In this document: piece after piece, positions 26,654 through 41,263 of the stretch | How the letters are laid out: every line of letters starts with the position of its first letter | Position numbering within the stretch: position 1 is the stretch's first letter | Assembly (NCBI GenBank): GCA_964016885.1 | Contig: OZ024747.1 | Location: 76,942,001-77,006,000 of the forward strand | Direction of reading: 5' to 3' | From: Eledone cirrhosa | Lineage: Eukaryota | DNA length: 64,000 bases | Made by a program: the position numbers and the translations under genes | The notes under the pieces: generated by a model | What the model was told of the DNA's origin: nothing | The model's database searches: none | Seen by the model: only the letters and a program-made list of their open reading frames with translations

Positions 26654-28349
26654 ACATACAAACATACATACATACACATACACATATATCTATAAATATG
26701 TAAAAACATGCATACTTATATGCTTCTATATCTGGGTGGATACCTATGTCTAAATATAGGCTTTTCGAATGATCATCACGTGATACTGTATTGTATCACG
26801 TGATTAACGTTTAACCAATGATGTGAGATGACGTGATTAATTAATATCCAGTGAAATGTGTGGTATCGTGCATAACTTAATAAGAACATACACACATACA
26901 TTTTCTCTCACTCTCTCTCTCTCATACATACACACCATTCATATATATACATAAATACACACAACATACATGTATACATAACATACATACATATATACAC
27001 AATATACATACATAGAATAGCGAGCTGTTGAATTATCGTTCATTTTCCTATAGGTTTGTTTGTTGAACCTAAAGAGTAGCATTTCTCAAGCCGTGGTCCA
27101 CTGAGCCCTGCGGTTCCGTAACATGTGGTCCGTGGTTCTGTAAGACACACTGATAAAATAAGCTAATGTATTTAGATAATAATAATTGTTTCTACTTTTT
27201 GCACAAGGCCAGCAATTACCTCAGTTCATTACTGGTACTTTATTTTATCGATCCCGTAAGGATGAAAGGCAAAGTTAACCTCGGCAGGATTTTGAACTCA
27301 GAACACAAAGGGGCGTATCTCTATGCTGCAAAGCATGGCGTCCGACCTTCTACCGATACTGCCAATCCCCCGCTCTTTAGATATTAATAATGGTATATAA
27401 TACTTTTTATGCAGGGGTTCCTTGAGATATGAAAATTATTTCAGGTGTTCCACACGGGGTTCCGATTACTTCCAATAATACACCCCCGCTCCCCGTCCTC
27501 ATGAAACTGAACAAATATTCAAGAAATTGCCATACCTAAGTTCGACCACTCAGGGCGTGGATTGACAGAATCGGTAGAGCATCGGACAACATGCTTTGCA
27601 GCATAGAGTTACGGCCTTTTACGTTCTGAGTTCAAATCCCGCTGATTTAGCTTTGCCTTTCATCCTTACGGGGTTGATAAAATAAAATACCAGTAATACA
27701 CTGGGGTCGGTTTTATGGACTCCCCACCTCCCTAAATAGATTGTTGATATTGAAACCATTATGTCGAGTGTCAGTGGCTGTTAATTGGCAGAGGCATCAG
27801 AGCGTCGAACAAATGATTTGCAGTGTTTGTCTAAGTTCAAATTCCGCCGGGATCAACTTTACCGTTCATCCCTTCGTAGTCGATAAAATAAAGTACCAGT
27901 AAAATATTGGTATCGATATAATCGACTTTTTCCTCTCCACAAATCGCTGGTCTTATTCCTTAAATCAAAAATCATTATTTCGGCTGCTGTAAATCTTTTG
28001 ATGTTCAGTTAAACATCTGATGATTTCAAATTACAACTCGAGTCGATTCCTGGAAAAAGTGATATTTTGTTATTGATGTTGTTCATGTTGTTTAGCACCC
28101 AAGTAGGTTAGAATTGGACAAACTTAGGATCAAAGTCGTAATGGCCATGAGCGTCTGATATTGTATTCAGATATGACTGCGTGCTTAAGAAGTCCTCTAC
28201 ACATTCACATAGCTCTGTATATGACTGCGTGTATAAAAGTCCCTGTGCATTCACATAGCTCTGTATCTAATCCCACTGCACATCTCTTCTACTATAATTA
28301 AGTATTAACCAGCGAAACTCTACAGAAACAAACTATCCCTATTCCAGGA

Positions 28350-28745
28350 ACAGAACTCGAGAGTTCTTCGCTGATGTCTACCATATTTGATCTATAAGCG
28401 CCCCTACGACTCCCCACGACTCCCTACAAGTTCATATAAGGCATAAATGATGAAAACACTTGCAACAAATGTAATAACAATGCGACATTCATAAAGCGAA
28501 ATAAACCAATTGTTATAGTAGTGAAGCTAACCAGATATATCAGAATAGAATATATGAAAAGATGAGAATAATTTTAAGCAGCAGAATATAAAAGCGATGT
28601 AAACCAGTTGTGGCAGATGTATAAGGGAAGTGAAGTAATTATAGTATATAGAGAATGAGAACCAACTGGAGTGACTAGAGTAATAGATGAAGCCAAGAAA
28701 AGAATATTTAATCAGTTGATAAATTGCCAAATAAGGAACTACTGT
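28350..28745 (-). pseudogene. Possible degenerate tetraspanin N-terminal half (TM1-TM3)
   Basis: Hand translation gives LIKYSFLGF (TM1-like), SILIYLVSFTTITIGLF (TM2-like, another frame) and SLYECRIVITFVASVFIIYALYELVG (TM3-like), with a stop and frame changes. The similarity is weak. Confidence 0.25.
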
Positions 28746-28763
28746 TACATAGAGATACAAGAC

Positions 28764-28888
<125 letters not shown>

Positions 28889-29606
28889 CTATACATGTGT
28901 GCATATACATATACATAAAGGAAAAGAGATGTTCCCTCCCAAGACCTCATCAGGGTAGTGCCTATCAGTGTTAAGTAAGTGGAACTACAAAATTACACCC
29001 TGGACAAGATGCCCCACAATCGCAGAGTTAACATCCCCACCCATTAGTTATTACTGGTACAGTACATATTTTCAGTTGAGTATACTGGAACAATGTGAAA
29101 TTAAGTGTTTCTCTCAAAATCCCAATGCACTACCCAGTCCAAGAATCGAACCCACAATATTATGACCGTAATGACTATTCTTATTTATCAATATTTATAT
29201 ATTCTCTATCTCTTCCTCTGTCTCTTTTACTTCTTCTAGACTAAATTGTTGGGCTTCGTTCCTAACTTTGCTTTTCAGTTGCGGCCCATTGGTTTCTAAC
29301 ATATTTTATCTCATTTGCAAACAGTCGAAAGCTCAGTCGTCTTGTCTTTTGTGTACATTGGAGCTAGTTGTATCGATCTTAAAGTACTGGAACAACGTAT
29401 CTCCAGGGGTCGACTGATGAGAGACGATTGACCTGTTTTGTCTGTTTTTTAGTTGTCGTCTTTTTATTCATTTTTGTATGATTTTAGTCTCGCGCGACTC
29501 TTTCGTCACAACCTTAAAATTCATAGCGAAAGACCTTCAAAATATTTTTCATAAACACACCGTATATTTTAAAATATACAATACGTAAATTCATATATAT
29601 ATACTC

Positions 29607-29652
<46 letters not shown>

Positions 29653-29886
29653 TCGATTATATATATATATATATATATATCTCTATATATATATATATAT
29701 ATATAACCAAATAAAGAGATATATGTATATATATAGAGAGAAAGAGCCACATATCACACAAGAAACACGGTATATTGTATATATAGATATACCAAATACA
29801 TATTCTTCTATAGAATGTGTATTTGGTATATATACAATACATCGTGTTTCTTGTGCGATATATGGCTTTCTCTCTCTCTCTCTTTC

Positions 29887-29929
<43 letters not shown>

Positions 29930-30035
29930 ACGTGTGTGACAGCTCCTACCTTTGCAGGTTTAGCTGGCCTCCTCCGAGGTATATCTTGTTGGAGGTCTTT
30001 TGGGTAATTTAATGATAGGGACCCCAGTCCTATCA

Positions 30036-30172
30036 TCTCATTTCTACAGCTGAGTAAACTGGAGCAACGTGAAATAAAGTGTCTTGCTCAAGGAAACAAC
30101 ACATCACCCGGTCCGAGAATTGAACTCACAACCTTTCGATTGCAAGCCCAATGCTCTAACCACTAAGCCATG
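30036..30172 (-). mobile_element. tRNA-derived CORE-type SINE family 2
   Basis: Minus strand: TGGCTTAGTGGTTAGAGC..GAGTTCAATTC..CCTTGAGCAAGACACTTTA..CTCAGCTG. Relatives at about 16975-17180, 28925-29170, 60120-60325, 63175-63295. Confidence 0.75.
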
Positions 30173-30411
30173 GTTATTATGACTTTGGATAAAGTGTATT
30201 GAGCTTGCTTATTGAGAAACACAATATTCTAAATATATTTGATATGTTTTGATTCATGAACCAAAGTATCGTCTTCCTGTCTTCCTTCGGTTGCAACGTT
30301 TTTTGAAATATTTACTTCTACGTTCACAGATTGACTTTTTAGTTTCAGAAGATCCTGTTAAGGGTGAAAGCGGCGATTCTTTGCTTACACTTTAATCTGT
30401 TATTTTAATAA

Positions 30412-30467
<56 letters not shown>

Positions 30468-30512
30468 ATATATAGGCTATAGTGCAGCTGCAACTTCGGT
30501 TATACTCATTAC

Positions 30513-30584
<72 letters not shown>

Positions 30585-30844
30585 TACACAGACACGCGAC
30601 TGAAAATAACCTTGTACTTCGTTCTAAATATAAAAATATTTCCGATAGAAATCTGTAGCAGTGTTTATTAGCGGATCATTATAACCTTAGATAAAGATCA
30701 CGATTTTGTTTGTCTCGGTAGTGTCAAATAAAATATAGGTATCATAAATTTTAAGAGCATTATTTTAGACCCCCCAAATGTGTATACACATATACACACA
30801 TTGACACACATATATGTATACATGTATTTCTGCGTATATTGTGT

Positions 30845-30875
<31 letters not shown>

Positions 30876-31230
30876 AGAAAATGCGAAGTAGTTTCAGATG
30901 TTAAAGTCCTTTATTGATAATACTGTGATAAGATATTTCAATGCCGACAGTGGCCACACGATTCTGTGTACCCAGTGCCGTGACATTATCAGACAGCTTC
31001 TTGTATAATAAGGTTACGTTCCCAAGGCAATCCAAACAGAAACGACATATATATATATATATATATATCTGTGTGTATGTATGTATGCATGTGTGTGTGT
31101 ATATATATATATATATCACCCCCCCCCCCCAAATCAGTTGACTAAACACACACGTGACTTCTCTTCAAATAAACAATTTCTCTTCTTAGTCTCGTCTATC
31201 TTTCTATTTCTTCCTTTATCTCTCATTCTC

Positions 31231-31266
31231 TCTTCTGGTGAAGGATTAATGTCCGAAACGTTAAGA
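31231..31266 (+). ncRNA. Minimal hammerhead-like motif (family F; core A6>G)
   Basis: tctt CTGGTGA a gga ttaatg tcc GAAACGTT aaga. A similar degenerate motif is on the minus strand at ~62782-62812. Confidence 0.55.
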
Positions 31267-31372
31267 TTATGTTTTACTATGCCAAGCGTTAAACTAATAC
31301 ATATATATCTTTCTTTTATTGTACCATTACCCCGTTTAGTATATTCGTTTATGTTTCTCCCCTCCACCCACA

Positions 31373-31407
<35 letters not shown>

Positions 31408-31414
31408 ACACACA

Positions 31415-31462
<48 letters not shown>

Positions 31463-31824
31463 TACACACACACACACACACACTCACATACACACACACT
31501 CACATACACACACACACTCACACACACTCACACACACACTCAAACACACTCACATACACACACACACACTCACACACACACACATACACACAAATACATA
31601 TATATTACTTCATTACGTCTAGGCTTCTATAGGTTTATGACATAATCTAAACAATACTTATCTATTGAGAGATGTCATTGGTCTCTATCACATTAACGGA
31701 TTCCATATAAATCAATGTATATAAAGTAGAATATATAATGAAGCAGGAATTTATTCCCTGGCACAGGTGAGACTAATGTAACATTCAGTAAGTAAATTGT
31801 CATTTCCTATTGCATTGACTCACT

Positions 31825-32011
31825 GGTGGATTGGCAGTATCAGTAGAAGGTCGGACGGCATGCTTTGCGGCATAGAGTTACGCCCCTTTATGGTCTGAGT
31901 TCAAATCCCGCCGAGGTTCACTTTGCCTTTCATCCTTACAGGGTCGATAAAATAAAGTACCAGTAATGTACTGGGGTAATTGCTGGCCTTGTACCAAAAG
32001 TAGAAACAATT
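31825..32011 (+). mobile_element. tRNA-derived SINE family 1 (Nin/Deu-domain-like)
   Basis: Head GGATTGGCAGTATCRGTAGA..GAGTTCAAATCCCGCC; body GCCTTTCATCC..GGTCGATAAAATAAAGTACCAGT. Other copies at about 9445-9565(-), 10598-10759, 21300-21511, 27183-27367(-), 27557-27730, 27784-27950, 32421-32612, 38175-38358, 42290-42420(-), 42506-42696(-), 50124-50350(-). Confidence 0.85.
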
Positions 32012-32029
32012 ATATATATACTCATTTTA

Positions 32030-32220
32030 TTACAGCTAAATAGTGAGTCTTGTTTCTGTGGAGTTTCGTATGTTTATCACAAGTTCTTGTCTGATGAACC
32101 TGTGATAAACAGGCGAGACTCCACAGTAACAAGACTCACTATTTAGCCTTCATATAATAAATATTAAAACTCTACTTCAGTATTGAGTACTATTTTTCTC
32201 TCACTCGTCAACTACATACA
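32030..32220 (+). ncRNA. Family C hammerhead element (HHR 32085-32134) with inverted 5' arm
   Basis: tcttgt CTGATGA acctgt gataa acaggc GAGAC tccaca GTA acaaga (GAAAC>GAGAC here, GAAAC in the inverted arm). The tail has GTATTGAGTAC. Relatives at 1590-1900 and 14075-14205. Confidence 0.75.
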
Positions 32221-33489
32221 GGTGTATTTTCTATGCGTGATGATGTGTGATTAACCCTTTTGATATCAAACCACCCGAGACTGCTCCGGATTTAGGATAT
32301 AAAACTACTCAACTTCAAATGTTTATCCTTGTATTAAACACTTCCATCATTATTTGATGTTGTAAATACACCACCCCCCCTTCCGCCCTTCTGTCCTGTA
32401 TGTATAAACATTATTACATAGGGTGGTGGATTGGAAGTATCGGTAGAGGGTCGGACGCCATGCTTTGCAGCATAGAATTATGGCCCTTTACGTTCTGAGT
32501 TCAAATCCACCCAAGGTTAGCTTTGCCTTTTATCCTTACGGGGTCGATAAAATAAAGTACCAGTGATACACTGGAGTAATTGCTGGCCTTGTGCCAAAAG
32601 TAGAAACAATTATTACATAGTTGTAGATATATATACAGGCACGTGTGCAGCCAGATGTAATATGTAAGCCCCATTGCACTATTTCTAACTGTTGAATCAG
32701 TATTTTAGTAATCAGTGCTAAATATATATAGTTATGTATATGTTACTGGTATGTATATATATATATATATATATATATGCACATGTACTATATACGAGGT
32801 ACTTACAAGGAATAGAACATAAGACAACTTGTGTGAAGTACCCAGCTCCCTAAAATAGCAACCTTATCTCGCTCAAATTACATTCTATTGTTTTAAACCC
32901 CGAAAGGACGTGTTATATAATGTTGTCTTACATGCACTATGTCAATAAGTGGAACTCTACATGGTAGGTTAACCTGCAAGAAATACCAGCCAAATCTTTT
33001 TGAAATCACACCGTACTATGTTAAAAGGAAAAGGACAAATTGGATAATATTATCCTAGATATACTCTGCCAACGAGGAAGCCCCTGCATGGCAGTTTAAC
33101 ATGAAAGACTTTAAAGTTTATTCTACACCAGTTCACGCTAACGATTTAAAAAGGAAATGGCTTATTGTATAATTCATTCCTAGATACATTATATCTGAAT
33201 TGAAAGATACAATGCTCTAAGTTGGAATATCTTTTGATGATCGGCCGGCTTCGATAAAGTTGACCTGGAATAAGCAATAACTACAGCATAATTTAGTACA
33301 GAATTTTACCAACAACCAAAGAATAAATGGCCTACTTTACTCAAATATCTCATGGCTGCCTTTGAAATGGTAGGAATGATTTGCGGGAGATTCGGCTGCT
33401 ATTTCAATCAGAGACAGACCGCATGCAGAGTCCCGTGCTGGTTGTTACCAGTTGAGATTGTATTTGGTGGTGTTCTATGAGGATATATT

Positions 33490-33965
33490 ATATTGTGGTG
33501 TAATCTATTGTAGCATAATGTAGTGTAACGTAGTGTAGTGTAGTATAAAATAGTGTAGTGTAGTGTGGTGTAGTGCAGTGTAGTGTAGTGTGGTGCAAAA
33601 TAGAGTAGTGTGTGGTGTAGTGTAGTGTAATGTAGTATAGTGTAGTGTAGTGTAGTGTAGTGCGTTCTGTAGTGTTGTGTAGTGTAGTATAGTGTGGTGA
33701 AGTGTAGCGTAGTGTAGTATAGTGTAGTGTAATGTAGTGTCACATATTCTATAGGGTAGTGTAGTGTAGTGTCATGTGTTCTGTAGTATAGTGTAGTGTG
33801 TTCTGTAGTGTAGTGGGGTATAGTGTAGTGTCGTGTATTGTAGTGTAGTGACGTGTAGTGTATTGTATTCTGAAGTGTCGTGTCGTGTATTGTACTGTAG
33901 TGTAGTGTAGTGACGTGTAGTGTATTGTGTTCTGAAGTGTAGTGTATTATACTGTCGTATAACGT
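33490..33965. repeat. (GTAGT)n pentanucleotide microsatellite
   Basis: Direct reading. Confidence 0.9.
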
Positions 33966-35093
33966 ATTGCATTGAACTGAAGTAAATTATATTGTAAGCA
34001 TCTGGGCCTGGTCACCAAATTGGGGGTAACTTTCACTCTTCGTCCCAACAGTTCCGGATGAACTGGAAAACATAAAGGCTCATAAGTACTGCTATGTCAG
34101 CCTTGACTAAAGGGTCCCCCACCCCACCCCACCACCACCACCACCAAAAAATGTGGTGGATTTTGCAAATTCAAAATGACGCATTATAAGGAGAGGAACA
34201 ATAGTTCCTCATTCATTCATTCTGTCAGTCTCAGAAACGACGACTACTAACATCATCAACACCACCAACACCACCAACACCATTACCACCACCACCACCA
34301 CCACCACCACTACCACCACCACCACCACCAACACCACTACCATCAACACCACTACCACCACCATCGCCACCACCACACAACCACCAACACCACCACATAC
34401 TACACTCCAACTTACACCACCACCACCACCACCACCACCACCACCACCACCACCACCACTACCATCAACACCACCACCACCACCACCACCACCACCACCA
34501 CCACCACCACCACCACCACCACCACCACCACCACCACCACCACCACCACCACACTATCCTGTTGCTGTATGGTGTACAGTACTAAGTTGTACTTTATATA
34601 TATTTACTCATCTTACTGACTGTTGCAGTAATTTCAACAACCCACTTTTACACCAATCAGATTAGCTTGCCTGCACACATACACACACATACATGTACAC
34701 ACACACATGCACATACATATACACACACATACACACACGTACACATACACACATGTACACACATGCATACACATGCACATACATATACACACACATACAC
34801 ATACACACATGTACACACATGCATACACATGCACATACACACACACATGCGTACACACATGTACACACACGCAGATACACACACATGTACACATACACAC
34901 ACACACACACATGCACAACTCACACACATACACAAACACATGTACACACATGCACACACACGCACACATACACACAAACACACACATACACAGACATCCA
35001 CAAACACACACACACACATACACAGACATCCAAACACACACACACACATACACATACACACAGACACACAGACAAACACACACATACACACAG

Positions 35094-35142
<49 letters not shown>

Positions 35143-35172
35143 CAGACGTATATAATCAGAGACTGACACAGA

Positions 35173-35232
<60 letters not shown>

Positions 35233-35235
35233 TAC

Positions 35236-35345
<110 letters not shown>

Positions 35346-35654
35346 ATATAATCAAAGACTGGCACATAGACATACAAACCCACTGATGGTGTGCTCTGCC
35401 AACACATTCGTTACCCCCCCCTCCGTCATTCTACTGTTACACTAACTTTACAAGAACCACTTATGACATAATAGTTACCACCAACGAGATTTATATAACA
35501 AGGGGATGGTAAGGAGAAGGAAGACTGAGAGGGAGAAGGGGGAATGTAGAAGATAAAAGGGACGGGAAGGGACAGACGGAAAAGAGACAAATGACACAGC
35601 TTATATATATATATATATATATACACACACATATATACACATATATACACACAC

Positions 35655-35696
<42 letters not shown>

Positions 35697-35698
<2 letters not shown>

Positions 35699-36809
35699 CA
35701 GATTTACAAGGATTTTAATTAAAGCATTTCATTGATTTCCGACCGTTTCGTTAAACTAAATATAATATTCCATTCCTATTGGAATGACTACTCAGAATCG
35801 ATCAAAGATAAATTAATAAATACCTTACATTGTCTAGCATTCCTGTGAGAGAAAAGAGAGAAAATATATATGGAACTATTTTCTGATAATCCTGCCTTGC
35901 CGAGGTTATGCTATATACTCCCATTAGTTAAGTAAAACAAAGCAAGTAAAATAAAATGGGGAATCTAAATAATATATATTTTGAAAATATCACCATCTCT
36001 AACATATCTACCCTGATATCTAGAACATTTACAATTAGCAGATTTGCATATATTGAGTGCAATTGTAGAATCTCTGAAAATTGCTTTCTTAAAGGACATT
36101 GTCTTATTGTCTTAGGGAGAACGTAGTCATAATTTTTATGGAAGAGTTATATCGAGTTCTTTCAAAATACGTACTACTTGTATTTGCACTCTTTTAGAAA
36201 TGAATATAAGAAAAACACTATTTTCACTTGCTCAATTTATTTGGGGTTTACAATATTCAAACATAGAATATAGTTTAAATTGGTCTATAATTAATAATGG
36301 CAGTCCATATAAAAGTGGTCGTTCTGAGGTTAATCTGTTTGATCGAAGCTTTGGAAATATCATTGTCTGATAAATCTAATTCAAATTGTAGTAAAAACAT
36401 TCTCCTTTTAGTAAAGAAAATTCTCCTTTTATTCCTGAATAGTCTATGATACTACATAGGATATAAAGTTTTCTCATTTAGAGAATTATCACTTTTATTT
36501 AAATTCTCTATAATCTATTTCCCGTATTTTTCAAACCTTAACTCCTATATCATTAGTAAATTAGTGTTGAATAATGAATATTCCATTGAAAGTATATACT
36601 TGCTTGTACATAAGAAATAGTTGCAAAATAAATTATAAACTTTTGAATTTTTATTAGATTTTGATGAATATAATTGGGTTAAAATTTGTTTCTGTAGAAT
36701 TTTTTTATTTTACATTTCTCCTATTAGAAATAATTGAAATATTTTATATAATTAATTCTTTATGACTAAACATCCCAAATTTAATTCCTTTATTCTTAGG
36801 AAGTATAGG

Positions 36810-36860
<51 letters not shown>

Positions 36861-36880
36861 ATCGAACTTACACAACAGCA

Positions 36881-36914
<34 letters not shown>

Positions 36915-36990
36915 TGCTGAGTAATAATTAAAATAAATATTATTTCTTCCATTTTGGACTCGTATGTCTCTGATGAACATAATCAAGTTA
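35697..36990 (+). mobile_element. Decayed second Penelope-like element (GIY-YIG remnant)
   Basis: Frameshifted peptides ECNCR, NCFLKGHCL, HSFRNEYKKNT and SLAQFIWGLQYSNIEYSLNWSII (36055-36300) align with the 45.3-45.6 kb ORF. An inverted HHR 3' half (GAAACGGTC, minus) lies at ~35740-35749 and a CTGATGA at ~36970. Confidence 0.7.
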
Positions 36991-37480
36991 AATTCTTTTC
37001 TTTAGGATTCTTCTTACCATTTCAGAAGTGTATACGTTCCTGCATAAAAAATAATTTGTTTTCTTTATTTTAAGAAACTTTCAAAAAGTTTTAAATTTCA
37101 TATAATTAATTCTCTATAATTAACCAAATAGCTTTCAAACCTTAATTCCATTATCCGTAATGAATAAAAGTTGAATAATACATTTTATTTTGCAAGTGTA
37201 CATCTTCTCTTACATGGGTAATAATTAATTATAATATATATACTGTGGCGGACTGGGTCTAAAAATATTGGTTGCCAGCAGATGAAGGGGGCCCACCTAC
37301 ATATAGATTGAAAGGGGGGTGGGGGAGGGGGCACCTACATATAGAATGCTATCATTTATTTTTTATAATGAATAAATAACATTTTCGAAAAATATATAAG
37401 TGGAAACAAAACAGTGCAATCAAATTTTTTCGGAAAAAATATTATGTATTTTGCGAAATCCAGAGACTTTCAATAATGAC

Positions 37481-37938
37481 CAGAAGTCGACCCTAAATAT
37501 GACTAATAGCTCTAGGAAAGCCATGAACGACACATGTTTTTAATTTTGATTTTGAAAGTAGGTTTATAATTATCAATTTTCATTGTACTTCCGTGCCTGT
37601 CTCGGTGGCCTAGTTGGAGGAATCATAAACGGTGGTGATCCTGCTCTAAGGTTCGATCCTGGTCGGAAGTAGGTAAACCTTTTCAGTTTATTTCATTCTA
37701 TTGGTTGTAAAATAAAAACTGAAAAAAGGTGACATGTACCTCTAGACACAAGGATTGAACCCAAGACCAAGATCTCCACTGTCACTAGTATCTACCGGTA
37801 GGCTACAGAGACAATTCCGAAATTTTTATGAAAATTCATACTTATCAACCTACTTTCAAAATTTTCAAAACAAAGTGTTGTGGTGCCGTTTATGTCTTTC
37901 CTAATAATGTTATTGCTCCTACTTAAGGTCGACTTCTA
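37481..37938. mobile_element. Old fold-back element with two convergent tRNA-like heads
   Basis: Imperfect ~215-bp inverted arms. A/B boxes TGGCCTAGTTGG..GGTTCGATCC (+, ~37606-37659) and TAGCCTACCGG..GGTTCAATCC (-, ~37805-37752). Confidence 0.6.
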
Positions 37939-38698
37939 AATCATTTGGGTGTTCCATAAACTACATCATCGTTTTGTTTCACATCTATCTAGACTATATG
38001 TTAAGCTGTAATACATGTTTCATTTCTCTTGCACCTCATTCCTCCCCTCACCCTCTCTCTCTTTCTCTCTGTGATATTTGAATCTACTATTCTTTGGGCT
38101 TACCGTATTCCTATATATGTTTTTACATGTCAGATAGATTAAAACTTACATTGATTGGCATTATAAATATATATGGATTGGCAGTATCGGTAGAGAGTCG
38201 GACTCCATGCTTTGACTCATAGAGTTACGGCCCTTGCCATTCTGAGTTAAAATCCCGCCGAGGTTAACTTTGCCTTTCATCCTTACGGGGTCGATAAAAT
38301 AAAGTACCAGTAATGCACTGGGTAATTGCTGGCCATGTGCCAAAAGTAGAAACAATTATATATATATACAGTGGCGGACTAGGTCTGAAAATATTGGTTG
38401 CCAGGAGATGAAGGGGGCCCACCTACATATAGAATGAAGGGGGAGGGGCACCTACATATAGAATGCTATCATTTAATTTTTATAATGAATAAATAACATT
38501 TTTTTTGGAAACATTGCAATCAAATTTTTGCGGAAAAATATGGGAAAATTTGAAATTTGAAATGTAGTCGTCCAAACGCAAATAAAGATAATAATAGTCA
38601 ATCTATAGTGATTTTAGTTGTTTACGTTTCCATCTACATAATTAAAATATTCTAAAAAGACAGAATTATTGGCCAATATATCACTTTCATACTACACG

Positions 38699-38753
<55 letters not shown>

Positions 38754-39065
38754 TCCTCCTATCTTTTCTTTTCTTTCTTTCTTCTTTTCTAACCGAATCT
38801 TTTGTTCAAATGATAGAGACAGAAAATAAGAATATATAGAAATCTACAGAGGAGGGGGGTGTATTATCACATTGGATATACCCCAATAGTTTCATCCACA
38901 CAGAGACACAGAGACACAGACACACATAGACACACATAGACACACTGGAACACACACATACACACACACACATATATACACATACATGTATATTCCTCTT
39001 TAGATATCTAAGAATATGCTTCATATATGCAAACATACATTCGTACATATACATGCACACATACA

Positions 39066-39757
39066 CTACCACCACAACCACCACCACCACAACCACCACC
39101 ACCACCACTACCACCACCACCACCACCACTACCATCACCACTACCACCACCACTACCGCCACCACCACCACCACTACCACCACCACCACCACCACCACCA
39201 TCACTACCATCACCACTACCACTACTACCACCACCACCACCACCACTACCATCACCACTACCACTACTACCACCACCACCACCACCACCACTACCATCAC
39301 CACCACCACCACCACCACCACCACCACCACCACCACCACCACCACCACCACCACCACCACCACCACCACCACCACCACCATCACCACCACCACCACCACC
39401 ACCACCACCACCACCACCACCAATACCATCACCACTACCACTACTACCACCACCACGACCACCACCACTACCATCACCACCACCACCACCACCATCACTA
39501 CCATCACCACTACCACTACTACCACCACCACCACCACCACCACTACCATCACCACCACCACCACCACCACCACCACCACCACCACCACCACCACCACCAC
39601 CACCACCACCACCACCACCACCACCACCACCAATACCATCACCACTACCACTACTACCACCACCACGACCACCACTACCATCAACACCACCACCACCACC
39701 ACCACCACCACCAATACCATCACCACTACCACTACTACCACCACCACCACCACCAAC
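39066..39757. repeat. (CAC)n trinucleotide tract
   Basis: Direct reading; similar tracts at 6740-7330 and 34250-34552. Confidence 0.9.
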
Positions 39758-40029
39758 AGTAATGTGATATAAGAAGGTACAGTATGATATATTTCCTTAC
39801 TGTCAGTTCTGACACATCACATTAGTCAGAATCTCGTCTCATCCATTCTGTTATTTATATATTCCAGACAACCTCTATTCTCTCATTCATTCATTAACTT
39901 TTATCCCACTCATCGTACAACTGCAGGATTGTTGTAGTTATGTCCCTTTCTTTTCTTACGTTGAAATCTAACGGAGGCTAACGTTGCTTTTCATATCTCA
40001 ACGATCGATAAAATACGTATCAATCACAC

Positions 40030-40061
<32 letters not shown>

Positions 40062-40127
40062 CGTTATTCCGGGTTGAATCGGAGGTAACCACAGTAAGTA
40101 AGGTACTCAATACATAGCAGAGTATAA

Positions 40128-40197
<70 letters not shown>

Positions 40198-40202
40198 ACG
40201 TA

Positions 40203-40432
40203 TGCATTGCTTTATATCTGGAGATCTCTCTACACTTGTCGTCACATGGTACCATGGGCCCAGCACTATGTGTCAATAATTGTCACAAGTGTAGTGTTTG
40301 TACCAGAGTTTTCAAGTCGCCGGCTGGACTAAAAAGTCACACTCGTTCAGCGCATCGGTAGGGGTTCTCCTACATGGATATAAAGTAGTGGCCGTACTCG
40401 AAAACGAGTTGGCAGCCACCATGTATGTATGT
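40203..40432 (+). mobile_element. RTE-related element, 3' fragment
   Basis: Encodes CSVCTRVFKSPAGLKSHTRSAHR-stop, then an ATGT tail. Confidence 0.7.
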
Positions 40433-40433
40433 A

Positions 40434-40480
<47 letters not shown>

Positions 40481-40674
40481 ATATATATATGTATATTCAC
40501 GTGGATTGAACCGACTATATCCACGCCCTCCCCCTCATCAAAACAACACACACACATACATACACATACATAAATACATACATATATACATGCACACATG
40601 CATACACTTACATACATACATATATACATATATAAGCAATAAAACCTAAAGAGGTGGTAAAAATAAAGAAATAT

Positions 40675-40734
<60 letters not shown>

Positions 40735-41178
40735 AGGAGGTTATAGTTCACTTGAAGCATTGTGTAATGAGGTATAAACGTTTGTATATGTATAATAAAG
40801 CCAAAACAATGCAGGTATGGACATAGAATAAAGAATGCAGATGCAAAAGATATTGTTGACAATTAGTCTTTTACCTTAGATTTATTTAAATTTACCTTAG
40901 ATTTATTTAAATAATAAACAATATATTTTGCATTTGCATTCTTTATTCTATGTCCATACCTGCATTGTTTTGGCTTTATTATACATATACAAACGTTTAT
41001 ATATATATATATATATAGTAATAATAATAAATTTGAAGACTAAAATCCAAAGAGGGCTCGATAAGGATAAATATATATCAAATATATAAGAACCGTAGAG
41101 CAAATATTTATTAAAATATATATATATAGTAAACTAAAGCAAGGACGAGTGGTTACTCCTTCATTACGTTTATTGGTT

Positions 41179-41263
41179 GGTGACGCGCGTTTCGCCACTG
41201 ATCAGCTCAAGGTCCAATCTGTATCGATCTTGCCCGACTCTGTAACCCACGGCTCGTCAGACC
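41179..41263 (-). ncRNA. Type I hammerhead with long stem II insert (family E)
   Basis: Minus strand: ggt CTGACGA gcc...ggc GAA ACGCGCGT C acc. Stem III is self-complementary; the tail runs into (TA)n at ~41128. Confidence 0.8.

Noticed and set aside
29405-29510. Hammerhead at CTGATGA gagac...gtctc
   Set aside because: No GAAA follows stem II; at best a dead remnant.
31825-31915. tRNA genes
   Set aside because: A/B boxes belong to SINE heads; no convincing cloverleaf.
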